A stretch of 64,000 bases of DNA. Source: an uncultured Gemmatimonadaceae bacterium (GTDB lineage: Bacteria > Gemmatimonadota > Gemmatimonadetes > Gemmatimonadales > Gemmatimonadaceae). This document shows, piece by piece, positions 55,101-64,000 of this stretch (position 1 is the first letter of the stretch; every line of letters begins with the position of its first letter). The notes under the pieces are model-generated. The model saw only the letters and a list, made by a program, of their open reading frames with translations. It was not told where the DNA came from and searched no databases. A program made the translations under genes and the position numbers. The stretch is taken from assembly GCA_963843845.1 (NCBI GenBank), contig CAWJMB010000002.1, forward strand, positions 1,600,001-1,664,000, read 5' to 3'.

Positions 55101-56231
55101 TTCCGCCCCGTGTTCTCCGCATTCCGGCGCATGGCGAGCGACCTCGGAGAGAGTCGCGCCGCGCTCGAGGCGGCGCAGCGTCGGACGAGCGCGGTGCTCC
55201 GCAACGTGGCGAGCGGCGTGCTCGCCGTGCAGCGCGACGGCCGCGTGACGATCGCGAATCCGCGCGCCGAGCTGCTCCTCGGCGCGGCGCTGCCGGCGGG
55301 GGAGTCGTTAGGCACCGTGGCACCGCCGGAGATCTCGCGCCCGGTACTCGCGTTCCTCGCGGTCCCCGATGCGAGCGACGAGACGGCGACGGGCGCGGGC
55401 GTCGCCGGCGACGAGGAGTTCGACGTCGAGCTGCACGGTCGTCAGCTCCGCGCGCGAGTCACACGCTTCGATGGCGCGCGTCCCGGGCACGACCGCACCG
55501 TCGTGCTCACGATCGACGACCTCACCGAGCTGGCGCGGGCGCAGCGCGTGCTCGCGTGGGGGGAGATGGCACGCCAGGTCGCCCACGAGATCAAGAACCC
55601 GTTGACGCCGATCCGGTTGGGCATGCAGCACCTCCGCCGGGCGTACGTCGACGGCCGCGGCAACTTCGCCGAGGTCCTGGACCGCAACGTGACGCGCGTG
55701 CTCGAGGAGATCGACCGGCTCGACGAGATCGCGCGCGCATTCAGTCGGTATGGCACGGCGCCCGATCAGCGCGCACCCGGCGCGCCGATCGACGCCGCCG
55801 CGATCGTCCGCGACGTCGTCGCGCTCGAACGGATCGGGCAGGGCAGCGTCGTCTGGTCGGTCGACGGCGCCGACGCGCCACGGTTCGCGATCGCGCGCGA
55901 TGACGAGCTGCGGGAGGTGTTGCTCAACCTCCTCGAGAACGCGCGTCACGCGAACGCGCGCGTCGTCACCGCGCGCGTCGCGTCGAGCGACGGCGCCGTC
56001 ACCATCGCGGTGACCGACGACGGCGAAGGGATTCCACCCGAGCTGCAGTCGCGCGTGTTCGAGCCGCACTTCTCGACGCGCACGAGCGGCAGCGGCCTCG
56101 GACTCGCGATCAGTCGGCGGCTCATCGACGGCTGGGGCGGCGCGATTCGGCTCGACTCCGAGGCGGGGCGCGGCACGACCGTCACGATGACGCTGCGCGC
56201 CGCCGGAGACGCCGCTCCGGACCGCGCGTGA
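52119..56231 (+). CDS. very large multi-TM sensor histidine kinase (NtrY-like C-terminus: HAMP-PAS-HisKA-HATPase); start uncertain
   Basis: 'AWGEMARQVAHEIKNPLTPI', 'LLNLLENA', 'DDGEGI', 'FEPHFSTRTSGSGLGL'; many hydrophobic segments in the N-terminal ~950 aa. Confidence 0.9.
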   Translation: MWHGRLPRVQSALARASLAAAAAATLLAAWWVRAPGEGYLAAVVAATVVALGLGWYATRRRTAVVAFAVAVVTFVAPARWTERELAAIDTRWEQTRAIRIAGGEGVLGEAVVRATTELRAIAARALAVRDSSSTSFAEAEAILPRGDGERSLTVSHGARPIAWAGTLRVPLDSLRGTAGAIQTPFYTALYVTAERAGTRAVATELLAAAPPADALVRTIVRSVGGAEPAAFEVVPAMRLAEARVLDGAWRVVGVDGVPIIAIRATAPSRTAVRIETLAAGRMQTLPGLALMLLVTVAAAWRRAGTRDRAALGRRLIALLLPLAAIAVVPFSLLSNATRLFDPSLYFVESRFGFTGSLGALLLTGVVALLALFAVLRSGRARPPRSVAVLVVASAVAVAPPLLRALADGIRPPASGASVGLWIAWQLALFLPAAVALTAASAAGRAALGDLRGAHPLAAPLLAAAAALLGPAAWQAPARWPAWYLALWGLTLGVLVVTRRTRGLIVTAAAVAGLGAATLVWSAVTRKRVESAEQVVRTLTVPDQEIARWLERMAVQLADSAPTTAAALLRSYATSSLAPAELPALVTSWLPTARGDSAVATLVTEPVGVDSAQLRTLVASVRLSDEASFATMAGTPGVAEVLAVPHGGGRVTTVAVFSRSRLLASAVLPTLLGLRSPTSAEPPYAVSLVTRAPSDVLANRGAGGVWTREGNEIRSDWLVAGGQQRAHVEVALRPLDALAQRGALLVFLDLAVVGLLWLVPAAADGTLPRRLGVWRDTWTHSYRARLTLALFTFFVVPAAAFAIWSYRELQASDVQSRALLVRETLRTATAQVPNVDAVSLAALAERLGTPLLVFEAGVLRRASDPLLLDLAPTGLLLPRDQALGVGFGDEVVSTRTIELRQHPALFGYAAAVGGRSQRVVIAAPARADDVTVDQRRRDLGFLVLLVTAGGAVAALWLSGLAANELARPVGALRAAANAIARGEREPGLAGEPPAEFRPVFSAFRRMASDLGESRAALEAAQRRTSAVLRNVASGVLAVQRDGRVTIANPRAELLLGAALPAGESLGTVAPPEISRPVLAFLAVPDASDETATGAGVAGDEEFDVELHGRQLRARVTRFDGARPGHDRTVVLTIDDLTELARAQRVLAWGEMARQVAHEIKNPLTPIRLGMQHLRRAYVDGRGNFAEVLDRNVTRVLEEIDRLDEIARAFSRYGTAPDQRAPGAPIDAAAIVRDVVALERIGQGSVVWSVDGADAPRFAIARDDELREVLLNLLENARHANARVVTARVASSDGAVTIAVTDDGEGIPPELQSRVFEPHFSTRTSGSGLGLAISRRLIDGWGGAIRLDSEAGRGTTVTMTLRAAGDAAPDRA

Positions 56232-56326
56232 CATCGCGGGTCGATCGCGCGTGTACGAGGGCATGGTAGGTCTACCCGCGCTCTTCCGCCGTACGTAGAC
56301 TGCCGTCCCGCGCCCAACCGACCTTC

Positions 56327-58030
56327 GTGCCGCCGACCCCAGTTTCCGCGAACAAGCCGCCGCCGCACCTCGCGCACTGGCACCTGCCGCCCGAGTGGCG
56401 GTGGGGCGCCGACGCGGTGCGCGAGGACTTCCGCCACTTCCAGGAAGTCGTCGACGCCCTCGGCCGCTCGCTCGCGCTCGTCACGGCGCCGAACGCGGCG
56501 CACGCGGCGTGGCTGCACACCGAGGCGCGGCAGCTCGCTCACCGCAATCATCCGGCGATCCCGACGACGTATCATTACTGGGCGCCGGACGGCGACGCGC
56601 CGCGTGGGCCCGGCTATCTGCGTCGATGGATCGTCGGCGAGACGCTGGCGGCCCGCGTCGCGCGGCAGGGTCCGCAGGACGTGCCGCTCGTGCTGCGACT
56701 ACTGCGCGAGGCAGGGGGCGTCGCGGCGTATCTCCACGACACCGGGACGGTGCACGGTGCGCTCGTCGGCCAGACGCTCTGGCTCACGCCGTCCGGGCGC
56801 ATCTGGCTCCTCGGCTGGCAATGGGCCACGCCACGCGACGCGATCCCGTCGGACATCATTCCCGACACCGAGCGCGTCCCGCCGGCCCCGGAGTGGCTCG
56901 CCGGTACGTGGGAGCCGACCGCCCTCAGCGATCAGTGGCAGCTCGGCGCGCTCGCCTTCCTCGCGCTCACCGGCGAGCTGCCGCCGTCGGCAGACCCGCC
57001 GCCGATCGCGCTGCTCCGGCCCGACTGCCCGGCGAGCGCCGCCGCCGTCATCGATCGCGCGCTGCATCCCGATCCGGCGCGCCGTCACGGCTCCGTCGTC
57101 GCGATGGTGCGCGCGCTCGATCGCGGCGTCTCGCTGCGCGGGCCGATCCTGTCGAGCGAGGCCGACGCGCCCGACGAAGAGCCCGAGGCGCGCCTCCGCT
57201 GGGCGACCGGCGACGACTACGAGATCCTCTCGCCGCTGGGCAGCGGGACGTTCGGCTCGGTGTGGCGCGTGCGCGACCTGGCGTTAGGCCGGGAAGTGGC
57301 GCTGAAGGCGCTGCACCCGCACATCGCGCGTGACGGCAACGCGGTGGCTCGCTTCCGCCGCGAGGCGCAGCTCGCCGCGCAGCTCGCGCACACCTCGATC
57401 GTCCCGATCTACGACTTCGACACGCGCGGCTCGGTGTCGTGGTACACGATGGAGCTCGCCGAGGCCGGCTCGGTCGCGGATCTCATCCGTCGGAGCGGCG
57501 CGCGGCCCCCCGCCGACGTGCTGCCGCAGATCGACCCGTTGCTCGAAGGGCTCGCCGCGGCGCACGCGATCGGCGTCATCCACCGCGATCTCAAGCCGGA
57601 GAACGTCCTCATCGATCGCTACGGGCACTGGCGCCTGAGCGACTTCGGCATCGCCAGCGCGTTGGGCGAGGAGGTCGCGGGGTCGTCGGGAACGCCGGCG
57701 TTCGCGCCCCCCGAGCAACTGTTGGGCGAGCCCCAGGGGCCGGCCGCGGACTGCTACGCGTTCGCCGCGATCGTCTACTTCGTGCTCGTGGGCACCCCGC
57801 CGTTCGGGGACGTCGAGGCCCCGACGATTCTCGCGCGTCAGCTCGGCGGCGAGCTGACGTTCGACGGGATCGAGCCCGCGATCGTCGACTGGCTGCGCCG
57901 CGGTCTGGCGATGAACGCCGAAGACCGATTCGCCGACGCGGCCGAGATGCAGACGGCATGGCACGACGCGATGCGCAGCGTGACACGCGCGTCCGAGTGG
58001 CAAGGGCTGCTCCGTCGGATCTTCGCCTGA
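56327..58030 (+). CDS. tandem-domain Ser/Thr protein kinase (degenerate N-terminal kinase domain plus canonical C-terminal domain)
   Basis: C-domain LGSGTFGSV, VALK, HRDLKPEN, DFG, GTPAFAPPEQ. N-domain retains 'HPAIP', 'GETL', 'VHGAL', 'APE', 'SDQWQLG', 'LTGELP'. Confidence 0.9.
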   Translation: MPPTPVSANKPPPHLAHWHLPPEWRWGADAVREDFRHFQEVVDALGRSLALVTAPNAAHAAWLHTEARQLAHRNHPAIPTTYHYWAPDGDAPRGPGYLRRWIVGETLAARVARQGPQDVPLVLRLLREAGGVAAYLHDTGTVHGALVGQTLWLTPSGRIWLLGWQWATPRDAIPSDIIPDTERVPPAPEWLAGTWEPTALSDQWQLGALAFLALTGELPPSADPPPIALLRPDCPASAAAVIDRALHPDPARRHGSVVAMVRALDRGVSLRGPILSSEADAPDEEPEARLRWATGDDYEILSPLGSGTFGSVWRVRDLALGREVALKALHPHIARDGNAVARFRREAQLAAQLAHTSIVPIYDFDTRGSVSWYTMELAEAGSVADLIRRSGARPPADVLPQIDPLLEGLAAAHAIGVIHRDLKPENVLIDRYGHWRLSDFGIASALGEEVAGSSGTPAFAPPEQLLGEPQGPAADCYAFAAIVYFVLVGTPPFGDVEAPTILARQLGGELTFDGIEPAIVDWLRRGLAMNAEDRFADAAEMQTAWHDAMRSVTRASEWQGLLRRIFA

Positions 58031-58050
58031 CGATCGTCGCCTGACGATCG
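58023..58050 (+). repeat. perfect 14-bp tandem duplication spanning the kinase stop codon
   Basis: TCGCCTGACGATCG occurs twice in succession. Confidence 0.85.
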
Positions 58051-58073
58051 TCGGGGCGCGTGCGCGCGGCGTG

Positions 58074-59474
58074 TCACTCCGTCGTCGACTCGTCGGCTCG
58101 TGCGGTACGCGCCGTGCGCACCGTCTTCACGTTCGTGAACTCACGCATGCCCAACGCGCTGAGCTCCCGGCCGTAGCCTGACCGCTTCACGCCGCCGAAC
58201 GGCAGCCGGGGGTCGGACGCGACCATTCCGTTCAGGAAGACGGAGCCGGCGTCGAGCTCCTCCTCGAACCGTCGGAGCTCGACCGGGTCGATCGTCCACG
58301 CCGCGGCGCCGAGCCCGTAGACCGACGCGTTCGCGAGCGCGATCGCGTGGTCGACATCCCGGACGCGCATCACCGCGGCGACCGGGCCGAACACTTCCTC
58401 GACGGCTGCCGCCGAGTCGGGCGGGACGTCGCCGAGCACGGTCGGCGGATAGAAGAACCCGTCCCCGGCCAGCGGCGCACCCCCGCACAGCAACCGTGCG
58501 CCCGCTGCGACGGTCCGCTCGACCTGAGAATGGACGTCGTCGCGAATGCTCGCCGTCGCGAGTGGGCCGACCTGCGTCGCCGCGTCGGTCGGATCGCCGA
58601 TCCGCAACGCCAGCATCCCGTCGACGAATCGCTCGAGAAACGGCTCGTAGACGGCATCGTGCACGATGAACCGCTTCGCCGCGATGCACGACTGCCCGTT
58701 GTTGAGCGTGCGGGCCGTCACCGCCGTACGCGCGGCCGCATCGAGGTCCGCGCTCGGCATCACGATGAACGGGTCGCTCCCGCCGAGCTCCAGGACCGAC
58801 TTCTTGAGCGCCCGTCCGGCGGCCGCGCCGATGGATGCGCCGGCTCCCTCGCTCCCCGTGAGGGTGACCGCGGCCACGCGCGGATCGCCGACGATCGTCT
58901 CGACGCGGGCGCTCTCGATCAGGAGCGCCTGGAACACCCCGGCCGGCGCGCCGGCGTCGTGCGCGAGCGTCTCCAGCGCCAGCGCGCATTGCGGCACGTT
59001 CGACGCGTGCTTCAGCAGCCCGACGTTGCCCGCCGCGATCGCCGGCGCGAGAAAGCGCACGACCTGCCAGAATGGGAAGTTCCACGGCATGACGGCGAGC
59101 ACGACGCCTAACGGATCGTAGCGCACTCGCCCCGTGCCGCTCTCGTCGTCGACGAGCGTCTCCGGCGCGAGGAACGTCGGCGCGTGCGCCGCGTAGTAGC
59201 GGCACGCGCTCGCACACTTCGCGGCTTCGTCTCGCGCCGCCTGGAGCGGTTTTCCCATCTCGAGCGTCATGAGCCGCGCGTAGTCGTCGCGACGCGCGTC
59301 GAGCAGCTCGGCCATGCGGCGGAGCACGGCACACCGCTCCTCGACGGACGCCTGCCGCCACGCCCGTGCAGCATCGGCCGCGGCGGCGAGCATTCGTTCG
59401 ACGTCCGCAGCGTCGTGCGGCGTGAACGAGCGGACCAGTCGCCCGCTCGTCGGATCGGTCGTCGCGATCGGCAT
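58074..59474 (-). CDS. NAD(P)-dependent succinate-semialdehyde dehydrogenase family aldehyde dehydrogenase
   Basis: MPWNFPFWQ, LLKHASNVP, TLTGSE, LELGGSDPF, NNGQSCIAAKRF, EEVFGP, PFGGVKRSGYGRE. Confidence 0.93.
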   Translation of the reverse strand: MPIATTDPTSGRLVRSFTPHDAADVERMLAAAADAARAWRQASVEERCAVLRRMAELLDARRDDYARLMTLEMGKPLQAARDEAAKCASACRYYAAHAPTFLAPETLVDDESGTGRVRYDPLGVVLAVMPWNFPFWQVVRFLAPAIAAGNVGLLKHASNVPQCALALETLAHDAGAPAGVFQALLIESARVETIVGDPRVAAVTLTGSEGAGASIGAAAGRALKKSVLELGGSDPFIVMPSADLDAAARTAVTARTLNNGQSCIAAKRFIVHDAVYEPFLERFVDGMLALRIGDPTDAATQVGPLATASIRDDVHSQVERTVAAGARLLCGGAPLAGDGFFYPPTVLGDVPPDSAAAVEEVFGPVAAVMRVRDVDHAIALANASVYGLGAAAWTIDPVELRRFEEELDAGSVFLNGMVASDPRLPFGGVKRSGYGRELSALGMREFTNVKTVRTARTARADESTTE

Positions 59475-59497
59475 CGAATCGTCTCCGGAGGAAGTGC

Positions 59498-59980
59498 CTA
59501 ACGCTGCGGCAGCTCGCGCGCGTCGCTGCTGCGTTCGCGATGCCACGCCAGCTCGGCCGGCGTGAGCGGGCGGAACGCGAGATCGGCGGCGAGCCACAGC
59601 AGCTCGGTGTATGGATACATGGCGAGCGGCGCTGCGAGCATCAGCACGACCCCGACGTACTGCATCGCGTCCCACGGCGGGTCGGGCCAGGTCGTCAGGA
59701 CCACGACGACGATCCCCACGCCGAGGAGCAGTTCGGCGGCGACGAGGTTCACGAGGTACGCCCCGATGAAATAGTCGTGCTCACCGCGGTCGAGCCGCAG
59801 CCCGCACTGCGGACAGGCGTCGACGCGCTTCAGCCACGACCGCCGCACGGGCGACCCGCCGCAGTTCGGGCAGCGTAGCCGCAAGGCTCGGCCGGCGTTC
59901 GCACGCAGCGTCGTCCACGAAAAGCCGACCGCCTCGTCTCTCGTCGGCGCGTCGGGCGCGGATCGTTTCTCGGTGTGCAT
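59498..59980 (-). CDS. DUF983 domain-containing protein
   Basis: 'RALRLRCPNCG...CPQCGL' zinc ribbon followed by two TM helices. Confidence 0.85.
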   Translation of the reverse strand: MHTEKRSAPDAPTRDEAVGFSWTTLRANAGRALRLRCPNCGGSPVRRSWLKRVDACPQCGLRLDRGEHDYFIGAYLVNLVAAELLLGVGIVVVVLTTWPDPPWDAMQYVGVVLMLAAPLAMYPYTELLWLAADLAFRPLTPAELAWHRERSSDARELPQR

Positions 59981-60112
59981 CGTAGAAAGAAAGCTGATCA
60001 CGTGCCGCGCCGCGTCTCACCTCCACCACGCTGTGTCGCGGCTCGAGCGTCGCTACTCTTCGGGCATCCGCCGCGCCACCGCGCGGCGCCCCGACCCGAA
60101 CCGCATTCTTGC

Positions 60113-60598
60113 ATGTCGCGCTCGTTTCGCCTCGCCTCGCTCGCCCTCGCCGCGACGCTCGCTGTCGCCGCCGCCTGTCGCGACGTCTCTGCGCCGAACG
60201 AGGATCCCGCGACGACCACGTTCGCTCCGTCGTTGAACGTCAACCTGGCGGCGATGAAGCGGACGGCGTCGGGCGTCTACTACCAGGATCTCATCGTCGG
60301 CGCGGGCAAGGTCGCGGCGAAGGACAGCTCTCTCCGCGTCTACTACACCGGCTCGCTCACGAGCGGGCAGCGCTTCGACTCCACCACCACCGGCGCCGGC
60401 CTCACCTTCCTGCTCGGCGCGGGGCAGGTCATCAAGGGGTGGGACGAGGGCATCCCCGCCGACCCGCCGATGCGCGTCGGCGGGACGCGTCGACTCGTCA
60501 TTCCACCCGCGCTCGGCTATGGAAGCCGCACGAACGGGCGCATCCCGGCGGGCTCGGTGCTCGTCTTCGACGTGCGTCTCATCGCCGTGGGCAGCTAA
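60113..60598 (+). CDS. FKBP-type peptidyl-prolyl cis-trans isomerase (lipoprotein)
   Basis: Lipobox AAAC, VYYTG, FDS, VIKGWDEG, MRVGG, IPPALGYG, LVFDV. Confidence 0.94.
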   Translation: MSRSFRLASLALAATLAVAAACRDVSAPNEDPATTTFAPSLNVNLAAMKRTASGVYYQDLIVGAGKVAAKDSSLRVYYTGSLTSGQRFDSTTTGAGLTFLLGAGQVIKGWDEGIPADPPMRVGGTRRLVIPPALGYGSRTNGRIPAGSVLVFDVRLIAVGS

Positions 60599-60608
60599 CG
60601 CGTGATGC

Positions 60609-60640
60609 AACGCGGCCGGCGTTCGCGCCGGCCGTGCGTT
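60609..60640 (+). terminator. GC-rich hairpin after the FKBP gene
   Basis: GGCCGGCG-TTCG-CGCCGGCC stem-loop; no clear U-tract. Confidence 0.45.
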
Positions 60641-60705
60641 CGGACGGTACCGCTCCGCGTTCATTCGGTACGGGCCGGGGCGTCGACGGCGACACCCTTG
60701 ATCTC

Positions 60706-62241
60706 ATGCTCGCCGCCATCGGGTCCGCCGCCCTCCTCGGCGTCGAGGCATTCGGGGTCACGGTCGAAGTCGACGTCGCCAACGGCCTGCCGAGCTTCTC
60801 CGTGGTCGGGCTCGCGGCGGCAGCCGTGCGCGAGAGCCGCGAACGCGTGACGACGGCGCTCGCGCACGCCGGGCACCCGCTGCCGCCGCGCCGCGTCACG
60901 GTCAATCTCGCACCCGCCGACATCCGGAAAGTCGGCACCGCCTTCGATCTCCCGATCGCGCTGGGCATCCTCGTGTCGCTCGGCGCCATCGGGGCCGACG
61001 CGCTCGCGGACACGACCTGCGTCGGGGAGCTGGCGCTCGACGGAACACTGCGCGCCGTGCGTGGGGCGCTACCGATCGCCGCCTGGTGCGCGCGCGGCGG
61101 GCGGCGTCTGCTGCTCCCCCCGGCGAATCTGGCGGAGACGGCGGACGTGACCGCGCTCGCGCGCTGCGCACCGGCGACGCTGTCGGACGTCATCGCGCAG
61201 CTACACGGGCGGTCCGCGTGGAGCGCGCATGCGCCTGCGCGAACCGCTCCCCCGACTCCCCACGTGGACGACTTCGCCGACGTGGTCGGGCAGGGCGCCG
61301 CCAAACGCGCGCTCGAGATCGCCGCTGCGGGCGGCCACAACGTGCTGCTCGTCGGGCCGCCCGGCGCAGGGAAGACGATGCTGGCGCGCCGACTCCCCGG
61401 CATTCTCCCGCCGCTCGCACCCGACGAGGCCCTCGAGGTGCTGACGATCCGGTCGATCGTGGGGCTGGACTGCGCCGCCCGCCCGGAGCGCCCGTTCCGC
61501 GCGCCGCACCACACGATCTCGACGGCGGGGCTCGTCGGCGGCGGATCGCCGTCGCGTCCGGGCGAGATCACCCTCGCACATTGCGGCGTCCTCTTCCTCG
61601 ACGAGCTGCTCGAGTTCCCGCGTTCGACGCTCGACGCGCTGCGGCAGCCGCTCGAGGACGGACGCCTGACGCTCGTGCGCGCGGCAGGGGCGGTTCAGTA
61701 CCCGGCATGCGTCACGCTCGTCGGTGCTGCGAACCCGTGCCCCTGCGGACGCGCCGGAGAGCCAGGCGCTTCCTGTCGATGTGCACCCGCCGACGTCGCG
61801 CGGTACCAGGCTCGGCTCTCGGGTCCTCTCGCCGATCGCATCGACATGCATGTGCGCGTCGGGGCCGTCCCTCCCCGCGCGATGGCCGCCCCGCCGGATG
61901 GCGAATCCTCCGCCGTGATCCGCGCGCGAGTGGAGCGCGCCCGCGCGCTGCAGCGCCGTCGCTACGCGGCGACCCCCGGGATCGCGTCGAACGCGCAGGT
62001 CAGCGGGCGGTGGCTCGATACCGACGGTGGGGTCCTCCCCGCCGCCCGCGACCTGCTCGTCGCGGCCGCCGACCGCTTCGAGCTCTCGGCGCGCGCATTC
62101 TTCCGCGTCCTGAAAGTCGCGCGCACGATCGCCGATCTCGACGCCGAGCACGTGGTCGCCCTGCACCACGTCGCCGAGGCGCTCGGGTCGCGACCGTCGA
62201 GCGGCGGCGAGCCGAGCGAAGCGGGCGCTTTGCGGGTATGA
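60706..62241 (+). CDS. comM: YifB/ComM Mg-chelatase-like AAA+ ATPase
   Basis: VRESRERV, VNLAPAD, FDLPIALG, GELALDG, GPPGAGKTMLA, RPFRAPHH, RPGEITLAH, LFLDE, NPCPCG, SGPLADRID. Confidence 0.93.
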   Translation: MLAAIGSAALLGVEAFGVTVEVDVANGLPSFSVVGLAAAAVRESRERVTTALAHAGHPLPPRRVTVNLAPADIRKVGTAFDLPIALGILVSLGAIGADALADTTCVGELALDGTLRAVRGALPIAAWCARGGRRLLLPPANLAETADVTALARCAPATLSDVIAQLHGRSAWSAHAPARTAPPTPHVDDFADVVGQGAAKRALEIAAAGGHNVLLVGPPGAGKTMLARRLPGILPPLAPDEALEVLTIRSIVGLDCAARPERPFRAPHHTISTAGLVGGGSPSRPGEITLAHCGVLFLDELLEFPRSTLDALRQPLEDGRLTLVRAAGAVQYPACVTLVGAANPCPCGRAGEPGASCRCAPADVARYQARLSGPLADRIDMHVRVGAVPPRAMAAPPDGESSAVIRARVERARALQRRRYAATPGIASNAQVSGRWLDTDGGVLPAARDLLVAAADRFELSARAFFRVLKVARTIADLDAEHVVALHHVAEALGSRPSSGGEPSEAGALRV

Positions 62242-62412
62242 GGGCATCCGGTACGTTCTCGCACGCGCGCCGTCGGCCGAACGCGTGACACCCGCGCGTG
62301 CGGCGCGCGTACTGACGTCACCGATGCTCGCTCACTCGCCATCGCAACGCATGCTCGTCACGACATCGCACGCCGCCGCCGCTCCAGCGCCTGGCTCGAC
62401 GCACGGAGCTCG

Positions 62413-63075
62413 ATGATGTTCGGCTGCCTTCGACGACTCGGCTGCCTGGTCATCCTCCTGATCGCCGCCGCCGCGTACTTCACTCGTGCGTACTGGTGGG
62501 GGCCGGCGCGCCGCGCGGTCGACCGCACGACGACGAGCGGCGCGATGCGCGACACGGCGTCCGTGTGGGAGTCGCTGACCCCCGCCGCGGCCGAGCGCGG
62601 TGAGCGCGCCGTACGCTCGCTCGCGGCGCCGCGCGGGCCTGCGTACGCGTCGCTGCGCGCCGGCGAGTTGGCGTCGTATCTCTTCCTGTCACTCTCTGCG
62701 GCGCTCCCCGCGATGGCGCGGGATGCGCAGGCGCGCGTCATCGACGACCGCATCTACATCCGCTCGGTGATGTCGCTCCGCGACGTGGCCGGCGACCTCG
62801 GACCCGCCTCCGGGCTCCTCGGCGAGCGCGACACGCTGCGGCTCGGCGGCACCTTCGAGATCGCCGAGCCCGGGCGCGCGCTGTTCCACGTGCGCGACGT
62901 GCAGATCGGACGCGTGCCACTCCCGGATCGCGCGATCCCGCTGCTCGTCCGCCGCCTGCGTCCCGACGACGCCCGCACAGCGTCGGCGGCCGACGCGCTC
63001 GTCGTTCCGACCCCGCCTTCGATCGGCGACGTGCGCATCTCGCGCGGACGCGTCACCTTGTACAGGCGCGATTGA
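62413..63075 (+). CDS. hypothetical protein, N-terminal membrane anchor
   Basis: '[13 protein letters not shown]' anchor; GGAG RBS; intact ORF. Confidence 0.75.
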   Translation: MMFGCLRRLGCLVILLIAAAAYFTRAYWWGPARRAVDRTTTSGAMRDTASVWESLTPAAAERGERAVRSLAAPRGPAYASLRAGELASYLFLSLSAALPAMARDAQARVIDDRIYIRSVMSLRDVAGDLGPASGLLGERDTLRLGGTFEIAEPGRALFHVRDVQIGRVPLPDRAIPLLVRRLRPDDARTASAADALVVPTPPSIGDVRISRGRVTLYRRD

Positions 63076-63115
63076 CCGCGCTGCCGACGCTGTCGACCGC
63101 ACTCGCCTCTGCCTG

Positions 63116-64000
63116 ATGCCACGCCGCATTCTCGTCATCGACGACGAACCCGGAATTCGCAGCGCTCTCGGCCAACTCCTGGAGTACGAGGGCTACGACG
63201 TCCGTACGGCGCCGAACGCCGCGGACGGGCTCGCCGAGTACGATCGGTTCCGCCCCCATCTGACGTTCATGGACATCAAGATGGCAGGGATGGACGGACT
63301 CGAGGCGCTGAAGCGACTCAAGCAGCAGGACGCGGACGCGTGCGTCGTCATGATCAGCGGACACGCGACGATCAAGGACGCCGTCGACGCGACGCAGCTC
63401 GGCGCGTACGACATCCTCGAGAAGCCGCTCGACACCGACCGCATTCTCGTCCTGCTGCGCAATGCGCTCGACCGCGCGGAGCTCGCGGAGGAGAACGCGC
63501 GGCTGCGCGAGACGATCGAGATCCGCTACGAGATCGTCGGGAAGTCGTACGTCATCCGCGCGTTGCTCGACGGCATCGACAAGGTCGCGGCCACGCCGGC
63601 GCGCGTGCTCATCACGGGCGAGAACGGGACCGGGAAGGAGCTCGTCGCGCGCGCGATTCACAAGCAGTCGCAGCGCAAGGCGAAGCCGTTCGTCGAAGTG
63701 AACTGCGCCGCGATCCCGTCGGAGCTCATCGAGAGCGAGCTGTTCGGTCACATGAAGGGCTCGTTCACCGGCGCCGTGCAGGACCGCGCCGGGAAGTTCG
63801 AGCAGGCGGACGGCGGCACGCTGTTCCTCGACGAGGTCGGCGACATGAGCCCGACCGCGCAGGCGAAGGTGCTGCGCGTGCTGCAGGACGGCGTCGTCAC
63901 GCGCATCGGCGGGTCGAAGCCGATCAAGGTCGACGTCCGCGTCATCGCGGCGACGAACAAGGAGCTCGAGGAGGAGATCGCGGCCGGACGGTTCCGCGAG
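63116..64000 (+). CDS. sigma54-dependent response regulator (NtrX/NtrC family), truncated by the window end
   Basis: Read manually: [68 protein letters not shown]. Confidence 0.93.
   Translation, partial: MPRRILVIDDEPGIRSALGQLLEYEGYDVRTAPNAADGLAEYDRFRPHLTFMDIKMAGMDGLEALKRLKQQDADACVVMISGHATIKDAVDATQLGAYDILEKPLDTDRILVLLRNALDRAELAEENARLRETIEIRYEIVGKSYVIRALLDGIDKVAATPARVLITGENGTGKELVARAIHKQSQRKAKPFVEVNCAAIPSELIESELFGHMKGSFTGAVQDRAGKFEQADGGTLFLDEVGDMSPTAQAKVLRVLQDGVVTRIGGSKPIKVDVRVIAATNKELEEEIAAGRFRE

Overview
High-GC (about 70% or more by eye) bacterial chromosome segment made up mostly of core genes. Gene content (BTAD/Ser-Thr kinases, DUF5916, SahR-ahcY, dnaX-ybaB-recR-mglBA, bshB1, tandem MacB-type permeases) suggests Gemmatimonadota, which is an inference. 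The window holds about 57 CDSs and an SRP RNA (ffs). I saw no tRNA, rRNA, CRISPR, IS or prophage. Many conserved genes before about 34.1 kb are broken by single-base indels, most likely consensus errors, while the last 30 kb is clean. The most unusual signal is a dispersed, over-represented motif, (C)GTTAGGC. I found 15 copies: as rare TTA-Leu codons, as CGT-TAG stop codons and once between genes, and they follow the direction of transcription. Other points of interest are a BTAD-pseudokinase fusion, a pseudokinase-kinase tandem protein beside a very large histidine kinase, a degenerate histidine-kinase-like gene, a sigma54 promoter before a small lipoprotein, several probable leaderless genes, a triple-hairpin intergenic element, and an MglA with an insertion.
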